From Eledone cirrhosa (Eukaryota): DNA of 64,000 bases. The stretch covers positions 44,392,001 through 44,456,000 of the forward strand of contig OZ024748.1 of NCBI GenBank assembly GCA_964016885.1. Direction: 5' to 3'. The notes under the pieces were generated by a model, which was not told the origin of the DNA, searched no databases, and saw nothing but the letters and a program-made list of their open reading frames with translations. Of the stretch, positions 36,692-51,743 are shown one piece after another (position 1 is the stretch's first letter; each line of letters opens with the position of its first letter). The position numbers and the translations under genes were made by a program.

Positions 36692-37912
36692 TTCTTGGAG
36701 TCTCAGTCATTGATGTTATTTAACTGAAAAGTTTGTTCAAATGAACATCGAGCCGCTACCTGCAGCCATTATCATCATCATCATCATCATCATCATTATC
36801 AGTATTATTATGAACTTAAATTTTTTTTTCCCTGCTGAATACTTCGTCATGAGATTAATTTGTTCTGTTTTCTCTACCAGTTATCCATAGTTTTTGAAGA
36901 ATCATTTTTACATTTTAATCTGAAGGATATAATGTCTCTGTATTTATTTTGATTTTAATTTTTTATTTTAAATAATTCAAAAGATCTTCAACAATAAACA
37001 ATTATAATCCTCCCCCTTTTAAAAAAAAAACAAAAAAAAATATCTTAAATTTGTGAAATGTGTCGCCCCCCCTCCTTTTTTTTTTTTTTTACTAAATGAG
37101 ATTGGGATGAAATTCTATCAGCACCAAAAATTAACACCATTACTTGGATTATTATATTCTTTTGGTCTTCTTCCTCTGCCTCCTCCTTTTTGTTTACTCC
37201 TGATGTTTTGTCTTATTTAAGGGGGGAAAATACCTTTTTGGGGTTGAGGTGAAAGAAAGAAACAGAGAGATTGTGTGTGTGTGTAAGAAAGGGATATAAT
37301 GGTAAAGAGAGTGGGAGAGTGTAAAAAGAAAAACATTTTTTGGGGGGTTGGGGTGAAAGAAAGAAAAAGTTAGAGAGAGAGAGTGGTAAAGAGTGAGTGT
37401 GAGAAATGTATAAAGTAGCTTGGTTTAAACATTAAAATAAATAAATCTCACCTGTGCTTTACCATTTTTTTTTTTAGTTTTCTATTGTTGAAATTATTTG
37501 CCATTTAGATAATTAAAGTGTGGAAAAACAAACAAGAAGAGAAAAAGGTGTGTGTGTGTGTGTGTGTATATATCCAAAGTGTGCGTGTTTGTGTGGATAT
37601 GTATATATATACATATAGTTTTCCAAAGTGTGTGAGGAAAGCTTGCCAAACGAGGGAATAGGAAGATTTTTCAGTTTGTCTCAAAATACACAACTTGACC
37701 TCTGCACCCGATAGTGACTGTATGTAAACAGGGTGGAGACCTCCTCGACCTGTCTGGGAGGTCAGTGGCCCCCACTGCTTCAGTCTATGTAGCCATGTCC
37801 AACCTTTGCTAGCAGCGAAAGAGGACGTTAAATGATGATATATATATGTGTATATATATATATATATATATACATATATGATCAGGGAAAAGCGGACGTT
37901 AAATGATGATAT

Positions 37913-38087
37913 ATATAGATGAGATTCTACAGGACTAGAACTGTTTCATTCTTTAGAAATCTGATGATTTCTAAAGAATGAAACAGTTCTAGTCCTGTAG
38001 AATCTCATCTATATTAAAACGTTTATACTCTGCTATGTATTGAGTACCTTACTTACTGTGGTTACTCCCGATTCAACCCGGTATAAC
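37913..38087. mobile_element. Fold-back Penelope-like element (102-bp hairpin + tail)
   Basis: Arms 37913-37961 and 37966-38014; CTGATGA spans the loop; tail matches 22056-22137. Confidence 0.7.
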
Positions 38088-38713
38088 GTATATATATATA
38101 TAGTATTAATAATAAATTTGAAGACTAAAATCCAAAGAGGGCTCGATAAGGATAAATATATAAGAACCGTAGAGCAAAAATTTATTAAAATAACAGGATG
38201 ATATATATATCTAACCCATGCTAGCGTGGAAAGTGGACGTTAAACGAAGATGATGATAATATATATATACATATATATGATGATATATATATATATATAT
38301 TCAAAGAAGATTTGTGCAAGTTCTAGAAAAGGGTCTTTCACAAAATTGAAACATTTAAAGAATATTTTCACTCAAGTTTCACTTGATATTACTAATATTT
38401 ATCATGATGATCATGATATTACTTTGCAAATGGGGGGGGGGGCGTGGTGGGAGGGTAAAACATTGTCCACCCACTTACCCATCCCCCTCTCTTTCCAAGG
38501 AGATTATTAAAAGTAATTGTTATTGTTATTAATCACCTGTGTTCAAAATCTTGCAGAGTTCCTCCAGGGTTGATATCAAAAAAGAAAAAGTAAAAAAAAT
38601 CAAGTACCGGTAATATATTACTAGTATTTAATTTTATTGGCTTTTATCCCTCTTCCGCCAAAAATTGTGTGGTGTTATGTCAAGATATTGAAATCCCTTT
38701 TTTTTTTTCCTCT

Positions 38714-38829
38714 TTAACCTTCTGGGCGCTGTATGCGACTTATGTCACCAATAGAGTAACCTCCCCTTAATACATAATACCGTATCAAGGGAAGTAATTC
38801 ATAAAGACATTCAGCGTGCTAAAGGTTAA
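38714..38829. mobile_element. Small piggyBac-like MITE
   Basis: TTAA-cctt..gcgctg / cagcgtgctaaagg-TTAA. Confidence 0.5.
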
Positions 38830-38904
38830 TAACCAGTTATTTACTTGTGTCAAGCATCTACAACATATTTCCCCTAACATTTGTGATCTTGTGCCAACAT
38901 ATAC

Positions 38905-38949
<45 letters not shown>

Positions 38950-40721
38950 ATTCTGACTTCAAATCCCGCCAACGTTGGCTTTGCCTTTCATCCTTACGGG
39001 GTCGATAAAATAAAGTACCAGTAACGCACTGGGGTTGATTTAATCGACTTTCGCCTCTCCCCAACAAATTGTTGGCCTTGTGCCTAAATCAGAAACCATT
39101 ATTATCATTATATTAATAATTGTGGTGATAAAAATACCTTAGCTCTATTCACTCTGCTTAAAATTTAAAGATTTTTATTTAAACAAACATCAACTTACCA
39201 CTATTGGGCAGCAATTCTAAATTATTTTATCAAAATCCCACCAATAAATGTTTTGTTTTTTATTTTCTATATGTTTAAATTTAAAGTTTTGTTTGTGTTT
39301 CTGGATTAAAAAGAAATGTCTGTTAGTTTTTAAAACTTTTTTTTTTCATTTTTCAAAACATTACTTGATTTTTTCCCCCTTTAGTTTTCATTTTTTGAGA
39401 TTTTGTGCAAACATGAATTCACAACCTGTTGGAATTAAGAAGCAATGATCTTCGTGGTTAAAGTTGTTGTTGTTGTTGTCGTTGGGTAGGCAAAGTCATT
39501 TTTTCTTGAGTAAACAAGACATGTGGCCTAGTTGTTAGGGTGTTGGACTCACAATCACATGATTGTGGATTTGATTCCTGGCCTAAGCAGCATGTTGTGT
39601 TCTTGACACCTGGGAAACCTCCTTTGAGATATATGTATATGTGTGTATATATGTATATATATATGTATGTATCTATGTATACTCAGATGTGTAAAGAAAC
39701 CAGTAAAAGAATATATATGTATCTATCTATCAATATATATATATATACTCAGATATGTAGAGAAGCTATCATGATGCCAAAATATATTTTATTTATTGAT
39801 AAAAATTGATTTGAAGCCATGATTTAAAATCCCTAAACCCTACTCAAGACAACAAAATATAAGTTTTGTTCTACAGGAAAATAACCCTTAATTTTTGTAT
39901 AACATTTCTCTTTTCTCATACACATAGTCACACCCATTCACCTGTAAGGGGTTTCAGGAGTAAAAATTGTTGTGAGAGCCTCAAAATACCAGTTTAAAGG
40001 GTCTGTTTCCTTCAGCCTATGTATACCCACCTCCACCAGTAGTTTTCAACTAAGATATTGTGCCACCCTAGTGTGTAACCCTCCACCAAAAGTGCCTCAG
40101 TGCTTGATGACTGTTAAATTTATATCATTATCCATAGTGAGTATGGCTCATTGATGAAATGAGGTTGCACTTACACAATTTTTTAAAAAGAAAATGAGGA
40201 TATATGATTTGAATTGTAATATATGGCTTGGTAGCCATTATTAAAAAAAGTCTAAATACATACATACACACATATGCACAAACTTTATTTACTATATTAT
40301 TTTTCTTGTCTATTCTTAAAGTTTTCTTCTTCTTCACCCACTTATTCCTGAGAGGGTCCTCAAACACTCCTTCCAGTGGGTCCTGTCAGAAGTTTCCTGG
40401 TTCTTAGATTTAATTTTCCTCTCTTATCAGAATCTATGCTACAACTATTAATACTTATTTGTTCAATTTCTAGGAATAATAATAACTTTGCATGAAAAAT
40501 ATATTTTCTCTTTAAACTTGAAAGTTCAAATTTGGTAGTGATTTATCTCAGTAGATATCAGAGCAGCTAAGAACATATACGTCTGAACTGCATTATATCA
40601 TTTAGTTATTTTACCCTTGCAATTCTGAGCTCAAAGATCATCATCATTCTAAGATCAGTAAAACGAGTGTCTTTTAATTTCTTCACTTGCCATAAAAGAC
40701 TAGCTTAGCTGATAAATTTTT

Positions 40722-40920
40722 CCATTACTATCCTCTCTGTGAGTCCTATCATGGAAGTTCTCCTCCACTATCCTCTCTATGGGCCCTTCATGAAAGTTGT
40801 TCCGCTGTTATCCTGTCTGTGGTCCCACCATGAAAGTTCACCACTGTTATATTCTGTGGATTGCATCATAACAGTTTTTCCATTGCTATCTTTTCTATGG
40901 GTCCCATCATGGAAGTTTTT
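40722..40920. repeat. ~38-bp degenerate minisatellite (tatcctctctatgggyccyatcatggaagtt)
   Basis: About 5 diverged units. Confidence 0.7.
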
Positions 40921-42827
40921 TTCCTCATCTGTGGAAATTTAGATAATTTAATGATATTTATGTTTAGTACATTTTCTGCATAATTAAAGCATTGACTTAA
41001 ATGCCTTGGTATTTGTTTAAGGCCTCTCTGTACTGAGTTCAAATTCTATGAAAGCTAACTTTACTGTTCATCCTTTTGAGGGTTGATCGGTCTGTGAGTG
41101 GTTTGGAATTGGCAGAACAGTTAAGGATGCTTTGAGGTGTTTGTTGTGGTTCTGTGTGATCTGAGTTCCAATCTCACTCCACCGTTCTACAAGAAATTGT
41201 GATCAACAGATAGTTAGGACCAATGAAATCATAAATTTCCTTGATCCAATCTGTTCATCAGTTTCATTTCTTGCCTTTAACATTTATTTTCTAGATTTTC
41301 ACATTATAAGTTCAACTTCAAAACAATAAAATAAAATAAAAAGCTGAAGGCAACCATCACCAAATATTTTTTAGAATATCGGCCAATTCTCTGAACAGAT
41401 GATTTTGGTCAGCTGTGCCAAATAAAGTGTTTAAATAATGGTGGTTTTGATGGAAGTCAGCTAATCTTTTACTTAACAAGTGCCTCTATGATTTCAACTT
41501 CATTGATTTCCCATTTTATTGATAGGCAGCATGGTAGTTCAATATATTGATAATGAGTTGTGGTACTCTCACTGATCTGAGGGAATCCTTTATGGATATG
41601 ATTTACTGGTGGGTTAGACAGTGAGTGACAAACACAAATATAAACTCAGATAACATAGACCCAGGATACGACTAATGTGCCTTAGTTATTACAGAGATTT
41701 TTTTATCTCCTAAGTTGGAGAAGTTATTGTCTGGCGGTTATACTTGAATATCAGAGAAATAAATATATTATTGATATGAAATGTAAAGGATTATGAAAGT
41801 GTCTCTGTACTGGTTCCTATACTTTGAGGGTATATGGTCAATGTTTATTTCTGGTAATTGTTCTGATTCTGTTTGGAGTGTTATGCCAATTATGTTATGG
41901 AGTTGTGGTCACTGCAGAGTTATATAGAAACCAGTTATATCATCTTGTGACTTAGCTATTTGATAACTAGAAATTGATAAAATATGTGGTAGACTAAATA
42001 CAGGGGTCAATACATTGATTAAAACCCTTGAAGCTGGGGCTACAAGGTCGGACTTTAAAGACTGACCCCAATAAAAGATTTAGCATTTTAAGTTATTCCT
42101 CAGTTGCCTCAGTTTCTTACATTTGCTCAAGAATCTTCTACACAACAACAACAACAGCAATATGTGTGTGTGTGTACATTTATACTTACACACACGTGTA
42201 TATAATTGCTCCAGCTGGCTATTGTCATAGTTCTGTTGTTGTTTTTTTTTGTATATAAGAACATCTTTTTTTCTGTGTGTGTTTGCTTTTTAGTTTATTG
42301 TTCAGCCCCACCATCAGTTCTGTGAACTGTGAGATTACATGGACCAGTTTTTAAACTGGCCCTCAATGATACCACCACTACCCACCACATACAGGCCTTC
42401 ACTGATACCACCACTACCCACCACATACAGGCCTTCACTGATACCACACTGACCCCATCATTGCCCCACACATACTGTAATTATTACAAAGATAGGTGAC
42501 CTATCTTTCTAGCCATGCCACACCCTACATACTGTAATTATTATAAAGATATGTTACCTGTCTTTCTAACCCCACCACTAATTATTAAAAAGACAGGTGA
42601 GCTAACACTTTACCTGTCTTTCTAACCCCACCCCACCACTAATTATTACAAAGACAGGTGACCATAACAGTTTACCTGTCTTTTTAATGTAATTATATTA
42701 AATTAAAGAAAACTGTTTGATTCCTGGAACCTTCCAGAAATGTTCTCATATTTCATGTTTTTATCAGATTAAAAGTTGAAAATTGCTGACAACTAAATAG
42801 AAAAAGAATCTATTATAATAGAAAGAG

Positions 42828-43285
42828 AGGGTTGTGGATTGGCAGAAATCGGTAGAGCGTCAGACAACAAACTTTGTGGCACAGAGTTATGGCTCTTTAC
42901 ATTTAGAGTTCAAATCCCACCGAGGTTAGCTTCTTTGCCTTTCATCCTTATGGGATCGATAGAATAAAGTGCCAGTAATGTACTGGGGTTAATTGGCTGT
43001 CTAGATAGTGTCGGACATATACTTTGTGGCATAGAGTTATGGCCTTTTACATTCTGAGTTCAAATCCCACCGAGGTTAGCTTCTTTGCCTTTCATCCTTA
43101 TGGGATCGATAGAATAAAGTGCCAGTAATGTACTGGGGTTAATTGGCTGTCTAGATAGTGTCGGACATATACTTTGTGGCATAGAGTTATGGCCTTTTAC
43201 ATTCTGAGTTCAAATCCCACCGAGGTTAGCTTTGCCTTTCATCCTTATGAGATCGATAAAATAAAGTACCAGTAATACACTGGTG
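42828..43285 (+). repeat. Three tandem 150-bp units derived from SINE B
   Basis: actttgtggc recurs at 42871, 43021 and 43171. Confidence 0.85.
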
Positions 43286-43515
43286 CATTGAACAAAATAC
43301 TATGCAGTATTTGTTCCGATACTTTAGGTTCTGAGTTCGAACCCTGCCAATCTCACATTTAGTTTTCATCTTTCCAGTGTCGATATACACTCCTTGTTCT
43401 TGTAGATTCTGCAAGTCTGGAATGCTCAGCCACTTACATGTTAATATCATGAGCAGGTTGTTCCGTTGATTGCAAAATCGGAACACTCATTATCAAAACT
43501 GATTGAGGTAATCGA

Positions 43516-43957
43516 CTCCTCCCCAAATTTGAGGCCTTGCGTCTATCTTTAAAATAAAGTACCAGTAATACACTGGAGTCTGTTTAATTGACTTTCTCCT
43601 CCCCAAATTTGAAGCCTTCTCTCTATCTTTAAAATAAAGTACCAGTAATGCACTGGGGGTCGGTTTAATTGACTTTCTCCTCCCCAAATTTGAAGCCTTC
43701 TCTCTATCTTTAAAATAAAGTACCAGTAATGCACTGGGGATCGGTTTAATTGACTTTCTCCTCCCCAAATTTGAGGCCTTGCATCTATCTTTAAAATAAA
43801 GTACCAGTAATGCACTGGGAGTCGGTTTAATTGACTTTCTCCTCCCCAAATTTGAGGCCTTGCATCTATCTTTAAAATAAAGTACCAGTAATACACTGGG
43901 GGTTGGTTTAATTGACTTTCTCCTCCCCAAATTTGAGGCCTTGCGTCTATCTTTAAA

Positions 43958-43958
<1 letters not shown>
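43516..43958 (+). repeat. ~5.5 tandem 81-bp units derived from the SINE B 3' part
   Basis: ctcctccccaaatttga recurs at 43516, 43596, 43677, 43758, 43839 and 43920. Confidence 0.88.
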
Positions 43959-43990
<32 letters not shown>

Positions 43991-44257
43991 GATAGAATCT
44001 CAGAAACTATAGTTGCTCTACATTCTCAGTTCAAATCTCACCGGTGTTGTATTAACTTGCCTTTTATCTCTCTGGGCTCTATAATATATATATGTGTATA
44101 TGTATATATATATATATGTATATTATATATATATATTATATGTATGTGTATATATATATGCATGTGTGTGTGTGTGTTGAAAAATGAAAATAAAACAAAA
44201 ATTGTTATCAGCCCCACCATAAACAGGTGGATACCAGTGTGTGTATATATATATATA

Positions 44258-44293
<36 letters not shown>

Positions 44294-44427
44294 TATATAT
44301 ATAAGAGACAAAACTACAAATAGGACTCCATAAGAGTTATATATGTAAGATTGATATTTCTCAGTTTCAAATGAACCCCCTCCCTCTTAGGGTGAAATTG
44401 TTTGCTTAAACCTTTTAAATCTGTACA

Positions 44428-44466
<39 letters not shown>

Positions 44467-45884
44467 TAGATAAACATACGTATATCCGCCAACTTCATGG
44501 TATTTTCTGGATACTGGCTCAGAAAATACCATTGTTTCTGTGATTATATATATATATATGTGTGTGTGTATCACATATGTATCACCCACACCTCACCCCA
44601 CCCTTCCTCACCACACCCCTAAACTGTACTGTACCAATCTGGGAACTGGCTTCCACGTGATGTCGATATATAAAAAAATAAGTATTCAGTTTTTCAGATT
44701 TCAATTTCAGTTTGCGTACCAACAATCAATTTTAAATTTTCTCTTTTTTAACCATTTAAAAAATATGTTTGACTCAATCAATTTTATCTCATTTATTTAT
44801 TTCTGTTAAATACTAACTTGCCCATTTTCATTCCCTTTCCTACTTTCCCATCAGCCCTCCTCTCCCGTCACTCCCACCTCTTCCAGTCACCATTCCATTA
44901 CAAGACACACATGCTGGCACATAACAATCTCTCTTGACATATGTTTCTCTAGAAACATTTTTACTGTTCATTTTTATGTGTGTAGGAATAACTTCCACTG
45001 ATGTATGTGTAGGTGGAAAACTTACACACAGACACGCACATACATACACAGACGGATAGAATTCTGAAAACTGGAAATATGATCTTTAATAATTAATTCT
45101 TCTTCATTATTATTATTGATAATAATGCTAATAATAGATTATGTGGTAGATCAACCTGCTAGAAATAGCCACTAAACCTCCCTAAAATCCCATCACATCA
45201 TCTTAAAAAGGAAGGGATCACATTAGCTAAAGCAGTTATACATCTTTACATTTATTTTAAATGTTGCCCTTAATGTTGTTCATGCCCTCAACTTGTGCTT
45301 ATTTTCTTTATTGGTTTAATCCAACCCTGAATGGAATAAATACAATTGTATTATTCAAGTATAAAGTCAATTGACTGTGCCTTTCTCCCCAAATTTGTGG
45401 CCTTGTGCTGCTCCCACTGTTGATAAACTTTACTATTAATTTCTAGGTCCTCTGCCTCACAAAATATACTTTGTATCTAGTCAAAAGTGTAGTTGGGCCC
45501 TGATATGGTAGAGAACTGCACCAGATGCCTTACAGTGTCAACTCTGGATCATCACTCCTCTTCATCTCAGTCACATTTGCCTTCACAAATTGCATAGAAC
45601 AGAGAGGCCTTTTTCTCACCTGTTGAAAAGCCAGCCCCTCTTGTAGCTAATGCCATGATAAGATGCACCTAGTACTATGTTTAAATTGGTTGGTGTTAGG
45701 GCGGGCATCCAGCTATAGAAACCATACCAAAATTTCAATGTACAATGTACAGATACAACTATGGCACTGATCTGCTGTCCAAGCCATGCTAGAATGAAGA
45801 GTGGGCATAAGTTGATGATGACTATCTCTGTGTTCTGTGTTCAAATCCTGACAAAGCATATTTTATGTTTGTCACTTGAGCAAT

Positions 45885-46130
45885 TGTCATTGTTGAACTA
45901 CAGATCAGCTCTGGTTGAGTGTCATTGTTAAATCACAGGTCAGCTCTGGTTGAGTGTCATTGTTTAATCAGAGGTCAGCTCTGTTTGAATGTCATTGTTG
46001 AGCCAGAGTTCAGTTCTGGTTAAGTGTCATTGTTGAGCCAGAAATCAGCTGTGGTTGAGACAGAGGTCAGCTCTGATTGAGTGTCATTGTTGAGCCAGAG
46101 ATCAGCTCTGGTTGAACCAGATGTCAGCTC
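45885..46130. repeat. ~35-bp minisatellite (gtcattgttgagccagaggtcagctctggttgagt)
   Basis: About 7 diverged units. Confidence 0.85.
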
Positions 46131-46300
46131 TCATTTAGCAGACCTTTGATGAAAGCCATGACCATCTCATCATATTTTTAGACATAATCTCTCCTTTGTT
46201 TGAAGACAGTAGGTCATTATTTGAGCTTGGTTTTGTTTGCTAATGTTTCATAGGTTGAATAACTCTGTAGAGACTCCTAGAATATTTACAATACCAGTAA

Positions 46301-46495
46301 TACGAGGGTAAGCTGAAAAGTTCATAGGCTGACTATGAAGGAGTGATGCTAGAGCTGTGAAATCTTGCATGCATTAATTTCAACTCTTATTGACATTGTT
46401 TTTTTTCCAGGAACTAGGTTGACAAATAAACCTCATTTGGTCATTCCATGAGAGTATCTTGGTCAGCCTATGAACTTCTCAGATGACTCTCTCAT
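46301..46495. mobile_element. mariner-like MITE
   Basis: tacgagggtaagctgaaaagttcataggctgac, inverted as gtcagcctatgaacttctcag. Confidence 0.65.
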
Positions 46496-48699
46496 ATCAG
46501 ACAGAATCAATTCAATTCATAATACTCAATCACTATAAAAAAAAATTAATTAATTGACCCAGTGCCACGATTAAATATTGATAATTATTGAACTATTTTG
46601 AATATCTATTTTCTTTGAAGATCATTCGCATAAAACTTACTTTTGAAAGTTCTAGAACTTTGGTAAGTTTCTATAAATCCTTTGCTAATCATTCAACCGT
46701 TTCCTTACCGTATTTCTTATGAAACACACTGCCTATGGTTTTCAAATAATTTTGAAAATAATCGAAACTTTGGAGGGGTTTAGTAATAAGACTCACTTTT
46801 TCATTATTAATTCTTTACATAATGTCCTCTACCACATGAGCAAAACATTCTTGAATAGTATTAAACATTGCTATGACTGCTTCACATTACAAACTGATGT
46901 CTTTATTCTTATAGTGAAAGTTTTTCTTATGATCTGTTCTGGTCATTTGTAAAGATACTATAAACATTTGAATTAACAAACCTTGTTTTTAAATATTTTC
47001 TGCTAAATCATTTCATGATAAAAATAGTTAAGCTGATGTTTGGAGCATAAAATTATGATGGAAGGTTTTGAGATAAATATAAACACTTTAAAAACAATCA
47101 GTTCTTTATCATAGAATGAGGGGCAGTTTCAGGTGGTTTAGTATCAAAAGAGTTTTAAAGAATCTGCAACTGCTAGGTTGTCAAGCCTAAACAGTAAAGC
47201 ACTGTTAGTGCACAGCATGGGGCCTTAGATAAGACACTCAGTGCACGGTGTGGGACCTTACACCAAACATTCAGTGCAGAGTGTGGGACCCTACACCAGA
47301 CACTCAGTGCACTGTGGGACCCTAGACAAGACTGGAATGTTATTTTTTATCTGTTAATTCTATCTTATAAATAAACTACAGAGAACTAACTGGAATTTTA
47401 TTTTAATGTTGACTTTTTTTTTTATTGTTTTTTGTTTTGTTTTGTTTTTTTAATAATTTTTTTTGCTGGTGTATGTAAAGTGGAGGTTTCTCCCTGAAAC
47501 AACATCCAAAGATATTTGGATTAGGTTAATTTGATGAGATTTCTGGGGAAAGGTACCCGACAGCAGTAACAACAACAATAATATCATCATCTATTTATAA
47601 TCATTTTCCTATATTTTTTCAAATGTTATGTTTTGAAATGTCTTTTAACAAGATTTAAAACCACAACCTGTCTTATTCACATTGATACCTTCTAAGCCAC
47701 ATCTATGCATTACTGGATTTTAACATTGTTATCACATCTTGCTGTTTGTTATTCAAGTTATTTCACTCTATCCTCGATGCCATCTGGCCCTTTTCCCCAC
47801 CAAACCTTTGACTTTTTTTTTTCTATTAGAATAAATTTCTTTTTTTTTTGTTTGTTTTTTTCCTACCACCTCTGTGATACTTCTTATGCTTCTTCTCACC
47901 TAAATACAATAGAAACTGCTTATTGTGATCACATTTAGATTACTATAACTGGATGATAACATTAAGCAGAGGGTATAACAATGTCCTCAGTTTGTTTAGG
48001 CCTCCAGTAATTTTGATAACATTATCCATGATTATAATAAGTGACATCCACTATAAAATATCACCTTTTCTTATGAAAGGGGTTGGAGATATAAAGCTTG
48101 TATATATATTTTTAGTTGTCTTTCCAAACTCTTTCCAATGACTCTAGCAACATTCAGCTTAGTTCTGTTCTCATATGTAAGACATACATATTCTTCATTT
48201 TAATTGCTACAATTATCTCTTTTGCCGTTTTTCTTTAGGCAGAAGTGTGAAGAATCTAGTCTTATGTATTATTGTCACAACCACCTCCACCCTCCACCTT
48301 CATCACTCTAGTCAGATAACAATGGGCTGAGCTGTTGTCACCCAATAGATATCTTTCTATTTCTGGTTAGCTTGTTTGTCATGATGTCTGGTCATGGCTA
48401 AACAGTCTCTTGAAGACACTGGAATCTTATATTCTATAAAGACATCTTCACAGATTGTCCACATAACCCTCAGTTCTTCTTCACCTATCTTTATGTTAGG
48501 GTCTGGAGTTAAGAAACTCAGTATTGAATGTAACATACCATTTCTGTCTTCTGGATACTGTGCCAATCATCTTACGAGTAGGCCATCATTGTGTAGTTAC
48601 CAACATAGAGGTCTGGTCTATTCTCTCTCTAACTACGACCACACTGACCAGATAGACATTTGTTACTTGTGGGTGGAAGGGGTTAGTTGTGAATTAGTG

Positions 48700-49900
48700 T
48701 AGTAGGTCACAGGATACTCATGACTCAGTAATGCTGTGCTGATCAATGAATCTTTGATAACCATTCTGATTTGATAATTGTAAATCTTTGGATCTTTCCC
48801 AGTTATCAATAGGAATGTAACATGCTTTGAGGATGGATTTCATGATGTTCTAACACTTCTTTTGCTGTCCTTCTTGTCGATGTCAACCATTGGCTAACTC
48901 TCCATAAAAGAGAGCTTTTGGTATTCAGTTGTCCACCGGTAAATGTTTTGTTTACTAAAGAAGTTGGCCCTTTACGAGAAGAGCTCGACTCCCTTCAGTT
49001 TCACATTGCTTAACTACAGTCATGTTAGGTACCTTTATCCTTTCATGAGATGCCACAGATTTTCCAACTTAGGTATCATAGGAGGTCGAACAGGTCCAGA
49101 TTTTCTACATGGTAGTACCACCTCCATGTCTCATTGCCATGTCAAAATATGGCTAGGTCAGCAGTCTTATATACACTCAATCTCATGTCAAGAGACAGCA
49201 ATGCAGTCTCTTGAAGACACTGGAATCTTATATTCTATAAAGACATCTTCACAGAATGTTGACATAACCCTCAGGTCTTCTTCACCTATCTTTATGTCAG
49301 GGTCCGGAGTTAAGAAGCTCAGTTTTGAATGTAACATACCATTTCTGTCTTCTGGATACTGTGTCAATCATCTTAAGAGTAGGCCATCATTGTGTAGTTA
49401 CTATAATAGAGGTCTGGTCTCTTCCCTCTCTCATTGCTGAGGGTTGGAGACATTGGACAATAGCACCAATACTTGTCTATATGTTGCTGTATGTCCCATA
49501 ATTTTCATTTTAAAAAATGACGTTGGTGGGTCCCCAATCCTTATCTGACCATTACTTAGAAGCTGGATACCTCTTCACAGCTCACCATTAACATAGAGGG
49601 GTTCAGGCAAAAGCAGAACTGAGACCTTCATCCATGCCTATTGGTACTAAAGGTTGAAGACACCTTTTACTTTCTGGAAGCTGTAACTACTAACACCTTT
49701 ATTAGGGTTCCAGAAAGAATCATGGAATATTGCAAAGAAAATGGTACCAAACAGGAGTGGCATCAAGATCATAGATCCGTGTTTGGTTCCATTTAAGACT
49801 GAAAATGTATGTAATGTGTCTCTAAAGTCTGTGGCACATGAGTTCATGCATCACTGTAGAATGAGCAAAGGATGTTCCCTATTTTTGGCATCCAATCTCA
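48700..49900 (-). mobile_element. Old, heavily decayed RTE (BovB-like) LINE fragment
   Basis: Remnant motifs FSVLNGTKHG..PLLF, HGNETW and IPKALFYGELANG across broken frames. A ~230-bp piece (49203-49430) recurs at 48403-48630. Confidence 0.65.
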
Positions 49901-50712
49901 GCAAATATATATATATATATATAAATGAAATGTAATTTAAAATATAAATATATATATATATATATATATGAAATGTACTTTAATATATATATGTATATAT
50001 GAAATGCACTTTAATATATACATACATACATTTTACATATATATATATAATGTATGTGTATAGAGTACAGACTTAAATGATGATATAAATATACACATCA
50101 TATATTTACACTAAACATTTACACACACACACATACATACTTAGGTACAGACATACAATGGATACATATTTGATTTTTCTTTTTCCTTTTTTTTTTATAA
50201 AAAGTCCTGTGTTGCCTAAAAGCTTACAAAACAGTAAGATTATCCTACCATATCTTTTCATTATATTGTGTTAAATGGTACAAACCTGATTGAAACAGTA
50301 CATCACTAATATATCAGCTATTTGAGCCCATTTTTTGCCACCCTAGCTTTTTTTCTAACTAAAATTCCAAAAAACCAATGCAAAAATCTGGACTTGAAAT
50401 GTTCACGTTTTTTTTTTTTATATATATATTTGTTTCTTTTCATGATATTTGTTTTGCCCTCTTCCCATCTGGAAATAAATTTACTTTTAATTATTATTAT
50501 TATTTTTCAGTAGTTTTTTTTTCTATTTTTAAAAAAAATTATTGAATGTTATCATTGCACTAGTGAGCACTGCTCCTTGGACATGTGCAGTGTTTTGTTT
50601 TCATTCTGTATGTTCTATTGTACTGAAAGTATGTTGTTATATTTATGTAATATGTGTGCAGTGCCTTGTAGTGTTGTTTTTCTGTTTATGTTGTACATAT
50701 TTGTTAAAGTAG

Positions 50713-50993
50713 TGGAGATGTGTGGCCTAGTGGTAAGGGTGTTGGACTTAGGAGCATAAAGGTTCGATTCCTTGGCTGGGTGTGTGTTGTGTTCTTGAGC
50801 AAAACACTTCATTTCACATTGCTCCAGTATACTCAGCTGAAAATGAGTAGCAGCAATAGCTGAGGGCTTTAACCCTGTGGTGGACTGGTGTCCTGTCCGG
50901 TGGGGAGTCTTGTACTCTCAGTCACTTCACACCATGAAACTGAGATAAGCCCTGGCATGACCACATGACCAGCCTTCTAGCTTAAGACAGACT
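50713..50993 (+). mobile_element. Older CORE-like SINE (family E)
   Basis: Homologous to 29480-29762. Confidence 0.75.
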
Positions 50994-51253
50994 TTAGAGA
51001 TATTGTTAAATCCTGGGAGTTAGAAGAAGACTGGTTAAATATTTGTGTTTTGTAATAATATATATATATATATATATATGTGTGTATATATGTATATGTG
51101 TGTATATATGTATATGTGTGTATATATGTATATGTATGTATATATGTATATGTATGTATATATATGTATATGTATATATATACATGTATATGTATATATA
51201 TATATGTATATGTATATATATATATGTATATGTATATATATGTATATGTATTT

Positions 51254-51285
<32 letters not shown>

Positions 51286-51685
51286 GTATATGTATTTATA
51301 TATATGTATATGTATATATATGTATATGTATGTATATATGTATATGTATGTATATATGTGTGTATGTATATATGTGTATATGTATATATATGTATATGTA
51401 TATATATATATATGTATATGTATTTATATATATGTATATATATGTATAGGTATATATATGTATATGTATATATATGTATATGTATTTATATATATGTATA
51501 TATATATATATATGTATATGTATGTATATATATGTATATATATATATGTATATATTTGTATATGTATATATATATATATATGTATATGTATATATATATG
51601 TATATATGTATATGTATGTATATATATGTGTATATGTATATACATATATATGTATATGTATATATATATGTGTATACGCAAATGT

Positions 51686-51743
<58 letters not shown>

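Noticed and set aside
43516-43958. Regular repeat array resembling CRISPR (also 60677-61236)
   Set aside because: Units are contiguous with no unique spacers, derive from SINE or LINE sequence, and the context is eukaryotic with no cas genes.
48943-49440. 165-aa + strand ORF with a duplicate at 48394
   Set aside because: Antisense to a decayed RTE fragment; no host-protein features.
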